DNA of 64,000 nt from Octopus sinensis. Lineage: Eukaryota. The stretch covers positions 103,168,001 to 103,232,000 of the forward strand of contig NC_042999.1 of NCBI RefSeq assembly GCF_006345805.1. The letters are read 5' to 3'. The translations under genes and the position numbers were made by a program. The notes under the pieces were generated by a model. It saw nothing but the letters and a program-made list of their open reading frames with translations, was not told where the DNA came from and did no database searches. Below are positions 12,025 to 25,204 of the stretch, one piece after another. How positions within the stretch are numbered: the stretch's first letter is position 1; the number at the start of each line of letters is the position of its first letter.

Positions 12025-12210
12025 TACTAAAAGCACAACAAGGCCTAAGATTTTGAGGCCTTGTCAATTACATGAACTCCAGTGCTCAGCTGGCACTTAT
12101 TTTATCGAACTGGAGTGGGTAAAAAAGCAAAACCAACTTCAGTGAAATTTCAACTCAGAATGTAAGGCATTTTGTCCGGCATTCTAACTATTCTGTCAGC
12201 GCGCGGTCAT
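12025..12210 (-). mobile_element. Degenerate SINE S1
   Basis: Recognisable CAACTCAGAATG and GCATTTTGTCCGG motifs. Confidence 0.7.
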
Positions 12211-12559
12211 AAACACAAAATAACTTCACGCTAAAGCCCATAATTTTCCAGTTAGTAAACTGTATTTTTCTTATCTTTTGTAAGAGGATGGGATTAGATA
12301 AGAATCAAATAAGATTTAGTGGTTTGCTTGAAGCACAACATGCCTTAGTGATAGCATACAATTATGAAAACTTTGATCTGTGGTAGATCGATACATTATC
12401 TATTCTACTTTAAATCGATGATCGGAGAGAAATGTGAAATATGCATGTAAGGAACTTAAATCTTATTTAGTGTTCGACTTCTCATATATATAAAGTCGAA
12501 GAATAAATAATATGAAACTAGTAAAGGTGTGAAAGTTTATATACATTCATATATAATAC

Positions 12560-12633
<74 letters not shown>

Positions 12634-12669
12634 GTGAGAGATAGAAAGAAAGAGAGAGAGAAATAGAGT

Positions 12670-12706
<37 letters not shown>

Positions 12707-12942
12707 GGAGTGAGAGAGAGGATAAAATTGAAGAATTTGGAAAGTTTATAACAGACATTCTACAATGCATACATAAATATATCATTCGAAAGCTACAACT
12801 ATGTTAGGAAAGTCACTGTGACCAGCAGTGTGTAGCAACATCTCAGAGACCCATCAATATATGATATATATATATATATATATATATTAGTTTCAGCTCA
12901 GCGCTGCGGCCATGCTGATGCACCGCCGTTCCTTATCTCAGG

Positions 12943-12992
<50 letters not shown>

Positions 12993-13617
12993 TACACGTA
13001 CTCGATGCGCTCGAATAATCGACATAAGTTTCGGTTTCAATGCTATAGTTTTAATCTCACACTCTCGTTGGCAGTCACAGGCCTTCCGTATTCGATGGTT
13101 GGCTATGACGTAAATTAATACACACACACACTCACACACACACACACACATATATATCTATATATTTGTGTGTGTTTATGCATAGACTTATACACACACA
13201 CACACACACACCTATATATAAATGTAAGACCCAAGTTTCGAGGTGTAGGATTAATGTTAGCTTCAAGGCTTCAAGCAATCCGCAGTAAATATAAAAAAAA
13301 CAACTTTCGGGTTCAATAGTGGTTTATTGACACGGAAGGTTGTGGATTATTTTTATATCGAAGTACGATGAACTTAAAAAAATTTCTTTTTTTATTTCAC
13401 GGTAGGCGACCAGGGTTGCCAAGTGTGCGAAAAAGAATACAAAAGTTACGGAATGGAGAAGAGAAGATCCGGGCTACTAATGTTTCGTAGCAAGCGGAAC
13501 CTAAGAACTGGTAAATATCCAAGTGATGTGTATACCGTAAGCTATTATTCAGTTTACATTGCCACAAGGAGGTACATGTTGAGGCATAGAAGGTTCAATC
13601 AAAATGTGTGCGTGTGT

Positions 13618-13668
<51 letters not shown>

Positions 13669-13700
13669 GTGTGTGTGTGTGTCTGTGTGTGTATATGTGT

Positions 13701-14200
13701 ATAGGGGAGAAGAAATTTGGAGGACGCTCAAGGACCTGCAAATTTAACCTGCAAGGCAAATGTTGGCATGGGGAAGCCGCCAAAACTACACGGACCTTAA
13801 GGAGAAAAACGTCACTGAGGAAAGACACCAATTGTCTCCAAAGAAAAAAATATACAAAAGAAGTACGCTCTTCAGAGGTCATGCGCAAGGCAGCAGATGA
13901 ACAAGAGTCTTTTTTGCGCATGGCGCAAAAGATTGTGCAGCAGCTTACCTGGCTACACCAAGCGCAAACAAGGAACCTTGCCCACCACTGCGCAAGACCA
14001 CCACATTCAACAGACACGGGATGACCTCCCATACAACCTGCACAATCGTCACGCCCATATTTAAAATAAATATTGGGAGCCTGTTGCATCATAACAAAAG
14101 CAAAATTTTTTTCCTGAGAGTCCTTGCTGCATGCAATCAAGCCCTATGCATAGCACTCGTGGAAACCCACCTCAGCCCTGATATAGAGAATAATATAACC
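13701..14200 (+). mobile_element. Non-LTR retrotransposon fragment: ORF1 3' end with CCCH-like start, plus ORF2 APE endonuclease N-terminus
   Basis: CKFNLQGKCWHG resembles the first half of a CCCH finger. INIGSL...LCIALVETHLSPDIEN matches the APE motif I/II pattern (N-x-x-G/S...ETH). Confidence 0.75.
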
Positions 14201-15529
14201 ACGTCCGTTGTAAATGGCAGGGGTAGTGGGATTTGGCGTTTCTGCAGCAAAAGTGGGAGAGATATTGACGCAGTCAAACATATATAGAAAATAAGTACAG
14301 GCGTTTTCCCTATTACGGTTCCCTTAAGCTAGGGGATTTTCCACTTACAGGAATTGTAAAGTCTGATCACTACTTTTAGGATATGGTCTGCATTATCTGT
14401 TTTGTAAAAACTCGGAGAAATTTTGAGAATTTAAAAATAACAGTTCTTTAGTAAAAGCCTCTTGTACGCTGATTGGGATTTAAGAAGTAAACAATTTGAA
14501 AAAAATGTAATTACGAAACAAGCATGTGCGCACACACACGCGTTCCAACGCACTTATACACACACTTATGCACATAATATATGTGCGTGTTTATGTATAT
14601 TTTGTTGGGTTTCAATAGATAACGGTATGTTTCTCTCTATCTCTGTCCGTCAGATGGTCTCTTGTATGTGTGTGGGTGTAAATCAACTTTCACTACCATG
14701 ATTATCACAAGCAAAATCAACACGAAACTAATGTAAGCACTTATCGTCTTAGGAATTAACAAACAACAACAACAAGAGTAAGATCAAATTTAGCAACTAG
14801 TCTGAAATAAAAAAAAAACAATCATATATATATGTTACAGTAACAATGTTTTTAATGCGAAATGAAATTTCTTTGGTTTTTAGGTCAATGAGATTTATTC
14901 GACTTTAATCTAATGAGCAGCAACAATACAGCTAACATGAAAAATATGATAACCGCCACCACCTCGTTATCATTATAAACCTCATCATCACCAACAGGAA
15001 AGCCGATAGGATCAGCACTATCCCAATACTAACCAATCAACTTTTGAATAACCTACTGGCATCAACAATGATGGTGATATCAGTATGGTAATATCTACAG
15101 CTACATATGTTATATGTCAATACTATGGTCTATGTGTGAAAGAGTAAAGTGTGCGACTTTTATATCTCAAGTCAGAATTACATTAACCTGCTGACCCTAC
15201 AGCTAACTGTAATGATACTGCAGTACCTCTATCCACCTCACTCCTTTACCCTTTACGCCTTGTCTTTGCTATTCTTACACCCATAGGAATAAGATGAATT
15301 TTTTACTCTCACGAGTTCTTTCTTAATGGTACTTTTAAACGACATATTTGAAGTAGATAATTGTCGATCATTGGCGTCAAGTGGAACTGAAGGTAGTAGT
15401 GCAACAAGGTACCATAAAAGTATTAAACAGGATATCAAACTTCATGTTTTAAAAATTGTGATTTGATACATTTTAGGTAACGCTCCAAAGATTCTGTCAA
15501 TCAATTATTTTATATAATTATTTCATATT

Positions 15530-15695
15530 TAGGCACAATGCCAGCAAAATTTCAGAGGCGGTGTTAGCCGATTAAATCGATAGCAGTACTTGACTGGTAC
15601 TGTATATAAACAATCCTGGAAGAACAGGGTGGGATTTGAACTCGTAAAGAACAAATAATTTTGTCCGACGCTCTGACGATTCTGCCAGCTCGCAG
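15530..15695 (-). mobile_element. Degenerate SINE S1
   Basis: ATTTGAACTC and ACGATTCTGCCAGCTCG motifs. Confidence 0.7.
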
Positions 15696-16177
15696 TCTCA
15701 CAGTGATTTCTAATTTAGGAGGAAGGCAGAGCGTTAAAGGGATGGATTAGACTATTACTGTATCGATGGGGAACTAGCTACTCAACCACATCCTCAATGA
15801 TTTATGCAAGTCTTACAACACCATTTTGAATTTGATGTATCCTTTGGAAAATTTGTAATGCCATGGATACAATCTGGCTTTATAATGTTTTGATCCTGGT
15901 ACCCTTGAGATTAGATTTAGTTGAGTAATTTCTTAAACGTTTAATTTTCTCTCTGTTGACAGGTGTTGTTCCCACGAACAACTTTGCAAGCTTTAATCTA
16001 CCAGTAAATACTAATGTCGATTACGTTCTGAGTTCTAATCCTGTCAATTATCCCCTCACATTTCCTCTTTGAGATATAGATAAAAATTAGTACCAGTAAA
16101 GTTACTAATATTTACCTACCAGACAAAATGTGACACCCCGAATCTATTTTAAAAGACATTTATATCATTATGAATAC

Positions 16178-16385
16178 GGCGGCGATCCGGAAGAATCGTT
16201 AGCACGCCGGACAAAATGCGTTGCGACTTTACTTTCGATTTCGCGTTTAATGTTCAAATGCTGCCTGAGTCAACTTTGGTTTTCATTCGTTCGGGTTCGT
16301 TAAAAACAACTACCAGTTACGCACTGGGTTGATGTAATCGATTCGTCATCTCTCCCAAAATTTCGAGCCTATAGTAAAAAGGAAT
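16178..16385 (+). mobile_element. SINE S1
   Basis: Head GGCGGCGATCCGGAAGAATCGTTAGCACGCCGG and shared body. Confidence 0.82.
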
Positions 16386-16574
16386 GGTTAGGCACAATAG
16401 AGCGTCAGAGAAAATAGTATATCGTTATTACGAACTTAGTTACGCCAAGTGCAACTCAGCATTTCATATATCCATGATCGATGAAATAAATACAACATTG
16501 ATCTTCCGAAACCTTTGGCTCTAAAGCGCCATTCAGATTCTTCTGAACCAATGGTGGTTACAGTTTGAATATAG

Positions 16575-16787
16575 ATTTCAAAGTTTGGTATAAGGCAAGC
16601 AATTTTGCGGGAGGGGTTAAGTCAATATCATCGACCCCAGCATTCAAGTGGTACTTATTTTATCATCCCGGAAAGAGTGAAAGACAAAGTCAACCTCGGC
16701 GGAATTTGAAATCAGAACGTAAAGACGGACGAAATGCCGCTAAACATTTTGCCCGTCGTGCTAACGGTTCTGCCAGCTCACCACCTT
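16575..16787 (-). mobile_element. SINE S1
   Basis: Reverse complement of the S1 head and body. Confidence 0.85.
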
Positions 16788-17925
16788 ACTTTAAATTAAA
16801 CATTGAATAATACAAGTTTATTAATACTGTACTGTGGAAAGTACCACTAAACTAGACTGGCGCTAGCAGGAATTTAGACTTGTAACTCGTGAATTGGTGC
16901 AGATTATCAGAGGTTCCGGATCATCAGTATCCGGAAAGTCGGTGTTATATCTACACAAGTTAAGTGCGATGGGCTGATATAATATACCCACCTCTTTTCT
17001 ATAAGTGTACGACTTCGTAATGTTTGAAACCATAAATGGACGATAAAAATAACATAATTCTGGAACTCACATTTTCCCTACCGCAAATACTATGTTGAGA
17101 ACGTGAGCAGATACCAATCAATTAATTTCTATTTGTCATGCCAAAAATAGATTTCATACCTTTCTAACTGTCGGAACAATACGTTTTACAAAACTGAAAG
17201 TGAAGAGAAATAAATTAACGAACGTCATGCAGAGTGTCACATGGAACGCTATTTATATTAATAAAGAATGAAATAATATGAGAGAAAAAAAGAGACAAGA
17301 TAAAACAGGAAGAAGAAAAAATATGTAAAAGGATGCATCCGTTGTTTCTAAAATAAAGAAATGCCTTCAAGAGGCCACGCTTTGTTGATATCTTTAAGAA
17401 AAGGAGGAATATTTTCAGCATAAATATGGGAAGATATAAAAATAAAATAAATATAATTCTATTAGCAAAAGGAAATCTGTTAGAAATTATCTTTAGCGTA
17501 ATGTTTGTTAGTTTTTTTTTTACCGACGTAATTAATTTTCTTATTGACTTCTAATGAAAAATATGAAAACTTATGTATCTCCAAATATATCTATTTATTT
17601 AACTATATATGTATTTCTCCTCACAGCTCTTTTCACACACATGCACACAGATATTTCTTGGGAAGGCTGCACGGAGTTTCTTTGTTTCTACACCTTAGGC
17701 GACAAATCTTATTTTGAATAAGGCTTTCTTATTCGCACATCGACTAGATCCATTCAGACATACGGAAACAAATATTGCAAAACCTACTGGTACTAAAACT
17801 TTATGAATATTAATTTATAAAAGCATAAAAAGAATATATGACATGGCCTATAACCGGAATTTTGTGATGAAGATGAAAGTCTATGGAAAAGTTCCTATGA
17901 CAAAATTCATATAAAATTTATATAT

Positions 17926-17973
<48 letters not shown>

Positions 17974-18027
17974 TATATATACGCACACACAAACCTAAAT
18001 ACATATAATATAATATATATATATATA

Positions 18028-18061
<34 letters not shown>

Positions 18062-20672
18062 CGTATATGTGTGTCTGTGTGTTTTCTGTATATTGTGTGT
18101 TAATGCTCACTCGCAGGTATGCACGCAGTTGTATAAAAATTAAAAGGAAGTAATTATTGAATATTAATAAATACAGGCTTAAAACACACATTTCCACACG
18201 TACACATACAGACGGATGTATGTATATAAAAGTAAATACAGAAATCCTATTTACTTACAGAAAACAATTAACAGTATACATAACAAAACACGCTAATATA
18301 TATATTTTTGTGTGTGTGTGTGTGTGCATGTATGTATACATACATATATATTTATATATATGTATGTATACATACATATATATATATTTATATATAATGT
18401 ATATGTATATATATGTATACACATTTATATATACATACACATACACACACGCACACACCGACATATCTATCTATCTATCTATATATATATATATATATAT
18501 ATATACACGCATTCATTCGTATATCCATGCTTATATACAAAAATGCATAAAAACTTACACGTGCCTACGCACAAATACACACACACAAACACAAATACGC
18601 ACACACACACTGGAACATATACATATACAAGCCAGCATACAATTATTCATGCCTAAAATTAAGATATCTAATCATTTATGCAACTTTGATTAAAAATATT
18701 AATTACGAATTTGTTTAATGTAGTGCTAGAACTACAGAAGGAGAGAATAATTTTGATTACTGGTTTGGTCGATCAGAGCAAATCGGCAGCTAAACAACAC
18801 TAAAGCAATAACAATGACATAAGAAAGAATATCGAAGATCTCACGTTATTTTCATATTTGCGGCTTCGTTGACTGTCTGTCGTGTTTAGAGACTGGTAGC
18901 AAACGTGTTGGAGGGCCGCAATATAAACACACAATTTTAGAACCTTCCATAAAGCCAGTTTCAAGAAGAAAGAGGTAAAATATCTATCACTGGATTCTTA
19001 TTTGTCCCCCCACCCCAATATATTGAAAATGAAGTGGGTCGCACCTCAATGAACCGGAACAAATCTCACAAGGATTGTTCGAACGACTATGTGAATTCGA
19101 TACTTTTATATTTTTTAAACTGTTGTAATAAACAATGATATAGATATTTATTTTTAATGCATTTCAGCAGATTTGAATACAAATATGCTACTTGTTGTTG
19201 GGTACTTCACAAGAGAATAACTTCCCCTTTTACAATAATGGTGTGCTCATCACGACGTTGGTGCAAAGGATTCTTGGATTCCAGTGTTTCCGCATGTTGC
19301 GTCTCAGTAGCCAGAAGAATCAAGGATTTCTTCAGCCTAAACAAGTTTGTTACTTGCTTTATAATTTTAACGAACAGCTTGTTTTTGCTGATCAGTGTCC
19401 ACATCTGCCAACATGTGACAGATGAAATACAATATGTCAAAAACCGGAATCCCAGATTCTCTGCATGATCCAGCGAAGTGTGCAACAAATTACCGCGTGA
19501 AATGTAGAAGTTGCTCTTCTGTGACATAAACAACAACGACAAGCATATTTTGCTTTCGAACTGACGAAACATTAAGAAAAATTATGCAAATTATAGTTTC
19601 AGATGTTGCTGTACACAGTACAAATAATGAATTGTCATGTGTTATATTAAACATTAGTTATGAATCCAATATATATGCAATAGTTAGAACACGCAATTAT
19701 CTTTCTGATTTTTTTCCTATTTTCTTTCATTTTTTCATTCGTTCTTCCCTTCGTTCTATCATTTCTTCGTTTCTTCTTTGTTTTGTTTTTTGTTTGATTT
19801 TAGTAACACCAACTTTCACTCTTCGGAAACTTAGGCGTCATAGATGGCTTCTAAGTGATATCAACTATTTCGTCTGAGCTTTTAAATCTAATTATACAAA
19901 TTTAAGATATTCCTGAAAAAAACAGCTAAGTATTAAAAGTATTAAAGATGTGAAACATTTCTCTTTCATTGAATTTTAATCAAATTTTACCATTTGTATT
20001 CATGCACATTTACTCTCTCCTTCTCGCACTTATCTGATGTATTTCAAATAAACTGAAAAAGCAACAAGCAAAAATAATTACCGAGAAACGCACAACCCGT
20101 GTGCACACATACGCACACAAACATACACACATACACACTCACACAAACACACACACAAACACGCACATACACACGCAAACACATATATATGTATGTAAAA
20201 ATGTCTATGAAAGATATATATAAATAGATATAGATATATATAAGGCACATATAAATATGTGTATTTATATGTAATATATATGAATAAATTTATACATTTA
20301 TTACACACGCACTCACACGTGTATCTATATACACTCACACACACACGCCCACATATACCCCCCACACACAAAGACTATCATTAATAGATGTGTGTGTGTG
20401 TATATGCGTATTTTTGCAAAATATTAAATATTTATATATGCATGACGAGGCATGAACACAAGGGTGTTTATAAATAAACATCATTAGAGATAAAACACAA
20501 AGTTTACACAGAAACATTTGCGTTCACTTATATAAATAGAAACCCCCGGTTATACACCCATAGCCACACATAGATATAAATAATACAACAGATGAAATCA
20601 TTTAGAAAACTAAGCATATGCGCATATATAATTCATATGCGTCTGTATATACGTAGATACATACATACATAT

Positions 20673-20723
<51 letters not shown>

Positions 20724-21540
20724 TATATATATATAATTATATAAATATACACATTACATATATATATATATGTGTGTGTGTGTGTGAGTGTGTGTGTTTG
20801 TGTGTGTGTGTATAGGCATGTATGTATGTTTATGTATGGATAATTAACATATATATATAACAGACGTAAGCGCCTCTGATTAATTTTCCTAGTAAGTAGG
20901 TAAGTATATCTGCATTTGGTTTATGTAAGAGAGCAAGAGTGAGATGGCAAATGAGATAGAGAGAAAGAAGAAGAAAGAGAATGAAGGGGATAACTTATAT
21001 AAAGAGATACGTGAAAGAGTACAAAATTTCAAATTACGATAGCAAACCCTAATTATACGTATTTCTTTACTACTATTTAAAATGTACTTGGACCAAGTGA
21101 GCAAAATTCTTCATTTCACGTTGCTCAGCTGGATAAATCAAGTACCAGTGAAACACTAGGGTCGATGTAATCGACTTTCCCCCTGCCGCCACATTTCTGG
21201 CTTTCTGCCTATAGCAGAAAGGATTGTTACTATTATGTTTATATAAATATTTATTAAGGTCTGAAGCAAAGGACCCTCGTCCCGTCCAGTGTGGAATATA
21301 TAGGTTAGAGAATCAGGGAATCCGGCATTTGAATTCCAAATGACTCGGAAAGAGCTTTACCGTTCTTTTTTCTTTTTACATACCTACGTACATATTTACA
21401 TAAACATACACAAATGCCTTGCAGTCATGTGCAGAAATATATCGACATAGTAAGAGAATTGGGATTCAGGAAATTTAGGAGAATACCTCAGCACTCCGAG
21501 CAAAAATTCAGCAAACGGTATATAAACATTGTCAGACATT

Positions 21541-21591
<51 letters not shown>

Positions 21592-22377
21592 TGTGTGGTT
21601 GTGTGTGTGTATGTGTGTGTGTGTGTGTGTGTGGTGTGCATGTGTGTGTATGTGTGTGTTCGTGCGTGTGTGTGTGTGTGGTTAGAAGAAAAAACATCTT
21701 GTTTATCCAGGAATCTTCTGCACAGACTGAAAATTCGGAAAATGTATGGATTATAAGAATAGTGAATCCATCGCAGAGTATGAAATATAATCATCAAAGA
21801 ACTAACGGTAACAGGATTATATTTATTAAACAGCTGTAATATTTAACATGATTTCCTAGGGGACATGTACGTCGGTTCTCTAACCCTACATCAAATTTTC
21901 ATATTACTTTTTCCTTTTCGATTTTCTTTCAGATTTCTCTCTTTTCTATATTAATAACAATCTTAGAATATAGTAGTAATTGCCGCTGCTGGTATCTGAA
22001 CTTATATCTTTTGTCTTGTATATATGTGTACCGTTAATTTCAACAGTTTCTTGAGCTGTCTACATTAGTGATGCAGCTGTTACAACAATTCTTATGTAGA
22101 GTAATTAATACAAGTCTTTGCTTCCACGGGCCCTGTAATTATGTGTCTCTGATAGTACGTCAACTTAATGTTATTTATTGCTCTTATCTTCTAAGCCACT
22201 CCACTCATTATATGTGTAAGACCATATCTGCTTATGTAAAGGGTATTACTTTAGTTGATAGTCATGAAGAAAGGACTGGGGGTCTTTTTATTTAGTATTG
22301 TATAGATCTATACATCATCTTTCAAAATTGTTTATTATTTTTATGTGTATGATCCTCTTTGTTGATTGATGTAAGTA

Positions 22378-22765
22378 GACGCAGGAGTGGCTGTGTAGTA
22401 AGTAGCTTGTTTACCAACCACATGGTTCCAGGTTCAGTCCCACTGCGTGGCACCATGGGCAAGTGTCTTCTACTAAGCCTTGTGAGTGGATTTGGTAGAC
22501 GGAAACTGAAAGAAGTCCGTCGTATATATGTATATATATGCGTGTGTGTGTGTTTGTGTGTCTTTGTTTGTTCCCCTAGCATTGCTTGACAACCGATGCT
22601 GGTGTGTTTATGTCCCCGTTACTTAGCGGTTCGGCAAAAGAGACCGATAAAATAAGTACTGGGCTTACAAAAGAATACGTCCCGGGGTCGAGTTGCTCGA
22701 TTAAAGGCGGTGCTCCAGCATGGCCGCAGTCAAATGACTGAAACAAGTAAAAGAGTAAAAGAGTA
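22378..22765 (+). mobile_element. tRNA-derived SINE, family S2
   Basis: A-box-like TGGCTGTGTAGTAAG, B-box-like GGTTCAGTCCC, internal (TA)/(TG) tract, tail (GTAAAAGA)n. Homologous to 49623-50040. Confidence 0.9.
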
Positions 22766-23586
22766 ATTCCATCAGTTGTCGAAACGATCGTATTCACAGT
22801 GTAAATATCATACCACCATCTTTACTCCATTGTTCTATGCAGGTTTCCTTTTAGTAAATGATAACAAACTTTCAAGCAGGAAAAAATCTACATCATCATT
22901 TCTTTTTCAACTCTTTCACACTACAGATATGTATTTTCTTTCTGTACTTTTCTATTTCCATTCCTATACGACAACCTCTATTTCTTTCCTATAAACTTAA
23001 TCATAGCTTACCTAATTTTCGTACAAATTACTCCACCTACCTAAATAATACCTTGCCAAAATCTCTATATTAGATGCTACATATCCCTTGCAGACGAAGG
23101 ACACCACCGATTTTGTAGTTCTCTGTTTCACTCTTTACCTTTTAATCCAATATACTCGGACATTAGGTGATTGTTGTGGAAGGATCCTGACCACCCTCAC
23201 GTAACTGAAAATGGACTGACGCATGTCAATAAAATAAACTTTGTGAACTGTGAGTGAGTTGACAGCGAGTTGTTGACATCGATGATCGTCCGTATTGGTT
23301 GCTGTGTTAATTTAATATCGTAACTACGTTTGGATTAGTACGGAGTACGTTCTGTGTGAACATATTAATTCTGCGCAAGATTATACTAGATAACCATATC
23401 CAAATATCAATTTGGGTAATACTACTTTAGATCCAACGTGTACACCCACGTCATAACAGAAATAGATACATTTCTTTTCAAATCATTTACGAGTTATATT
23501 TTATCTTTTACTTCTTTCAGTCACTTGAGTGAAGCCATGCTAGATCTTCGAAATATCGAAGTCCCTAAGTCCCTACCAATAATTTC

Positions 23587-23634
<48 letters not shown>

Positions 23635-23726
23635 TTCACATGCATACATACACGCACGCGCGCGCACACATCTGTGTGTGTATATATATATATATACTCA
23701 AAATATGCAACAAGAATGACTCCGGT

Positions 23727-23818
23727 AATTTGGTACGATCGTTTCATACTACATCATTTTAATAAATGTTGTAAGTATTACAACAGTTTTAAAATGCCGA
23801 GCACTCATCAGCCAAATT
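23727..23818 (-). ncRNA. Type I hammerhead ribozyme with long stem II
   Basis: AATTTGG CTGATGA GTGCT..CATTTTAA..TGTTGTAA TAC TTACAACA..TTAAAATG..AGTAT GAAAC GATC GTA CCAAATT. Core intact, GUA site. Confidence 0.82.
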
Positions 23819-24009
23819 TCAACCTAAAATGGGATATAGTTATAAGAGCGCAACCTTATAGAAATAGTAGGTATGGTTGTCAACTTTGTTCTATGGAAAA
23901 ATATGAAATTTTGAAACATCAGAGTAATACAAATCTGTTGAATAACCGTTTGGAGCTAGGATTATCTTGTATACATCGTACGACCCGAACGCTTAAATAC
24001 TTTAAATAA
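23812..24009 (+). pseudogene. GIY-YIG endonuclease C-terminal remnant of a PLE
   Basis: LKWDIV..AQPY...CQLCSMEKYEI...LLNNRLEL...CIHR matches the W-x-I...PY...C-x-LC-x2-E...LN...C-x-H pattern, also seen at 41375-41629. Confidence 0.85.
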
Positions 24010-24864
24010 TAATTTTGTGATTATTCCTATATTTTTCAAATTTTAATTCTTTATAACCAAATAAGTAGGAATATACCATACTAGCTTTCAATTTAACATT
24101 TATAGATGACTAAAATAACTTCACTGCAAACTTAAAATTAAATTCTTCTTTTTTCTAAAATTAAACTGTATGAATCTAAATAGTTGGAATCCTAAATAGC
24201 ATGAATCCCAAATAGTAGGAATACTAAATAGTATGAATCCTATGTCCATAAAGAAACTATTCAGTTCACCTTGATTATCTCACTTCCATTTCTTAATATA
24301 TAATTAGTCTAAGATATCTTTACAAAATATATTTAACCAAATAGGGAAGAATATACCATACTGGTTTTAGTTTAACACCCATAAATGATTAAAAAACTTC
24401 ATTGCAAACATACAATTAAATTCTCCTTTTTTTAATAATGTTCTCCAATACTGTTGTGATGATATGCATAGGGTTTGTAAGGTCTCTACATTCTCTGGGA
24501 ATGTTATTGCGACCATTTGACATTGACCTAGTTCTCCTAACGCTGAATCTGTTCATCAAATAGTAGTAATTGGCATTTAGTCGTGACAATGCTGTCTTCC
24601 ACACAAATTCCTTATATGGAGCTATGACATCCCCTTTACCCCATTTCTACAATTAGAAAATCTTTATTGCCTCCTCTCACTTGTTCTTCATTCTCAAAAC
24701 CTTAAAGTAGTTTGGAATAACTGAATCTTAGTCAGTCAGTTGATGAGCTCCACTACCTCAAATGTTCTTAAAATTTAAATCCACATTTTTGTCTATGTAT
24801 CTACCTTCTCTATAATGTTGCCACTTGATATGAAAATTTTTGTATTAATGGAAAACCTCTATAA

Positions 24865-24950
24865 TTGGCTGATGAGTGCTCAGCCTTTTAAAACTATTGT
24901 AATACTTACAATATTTAATAAAATGATGTAGTACGAAACGATCGCACCAA
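24865..24950 (+). ncRNA. Hammerhead ribozyme copy, cleavage triplet mutated to GCA
   Basis: TTGG CTGATGA GTGCT...AGTAC GAAAC GATC GCA CCAA. Confidence 0.72.
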
Positions 24951-25085
24951 ATTACCGGAGTCATTCTTGTTGCTTATTTTGATTATAATCACCCCACGGA
25001 CGGATTTTTATGGATAACACCATACATAATTCTGGTGCATCTAAATTAAGTACCCTATTCATTTGAATCTAATTTTGCTGAACTT

Positions 25086-25123
<38 letters not shown>

Positions 25124-25204
25124 TATATATATTATATATATATATATATTATATATATATATATATATAACATATATATACATATATATATACATATATA
25201 TATT

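Larger units (their letters stand above)
23693..24987 (+). mobile_element. 5'-truncated Penelope-like element with inverted HHR-containing terminal arms
   Basis: 23693-23818 is an inverted copy of ~24863-24987. A GIY-YIG C-terminal remnant and 3' UTR lie between the arms. Confidence 0.85.

Noticed and set aside
13215-13290. GAAAC-TTGG-GTC on the minus strand
   Set aside because: No CUGANGA box or stem I at a usable position.
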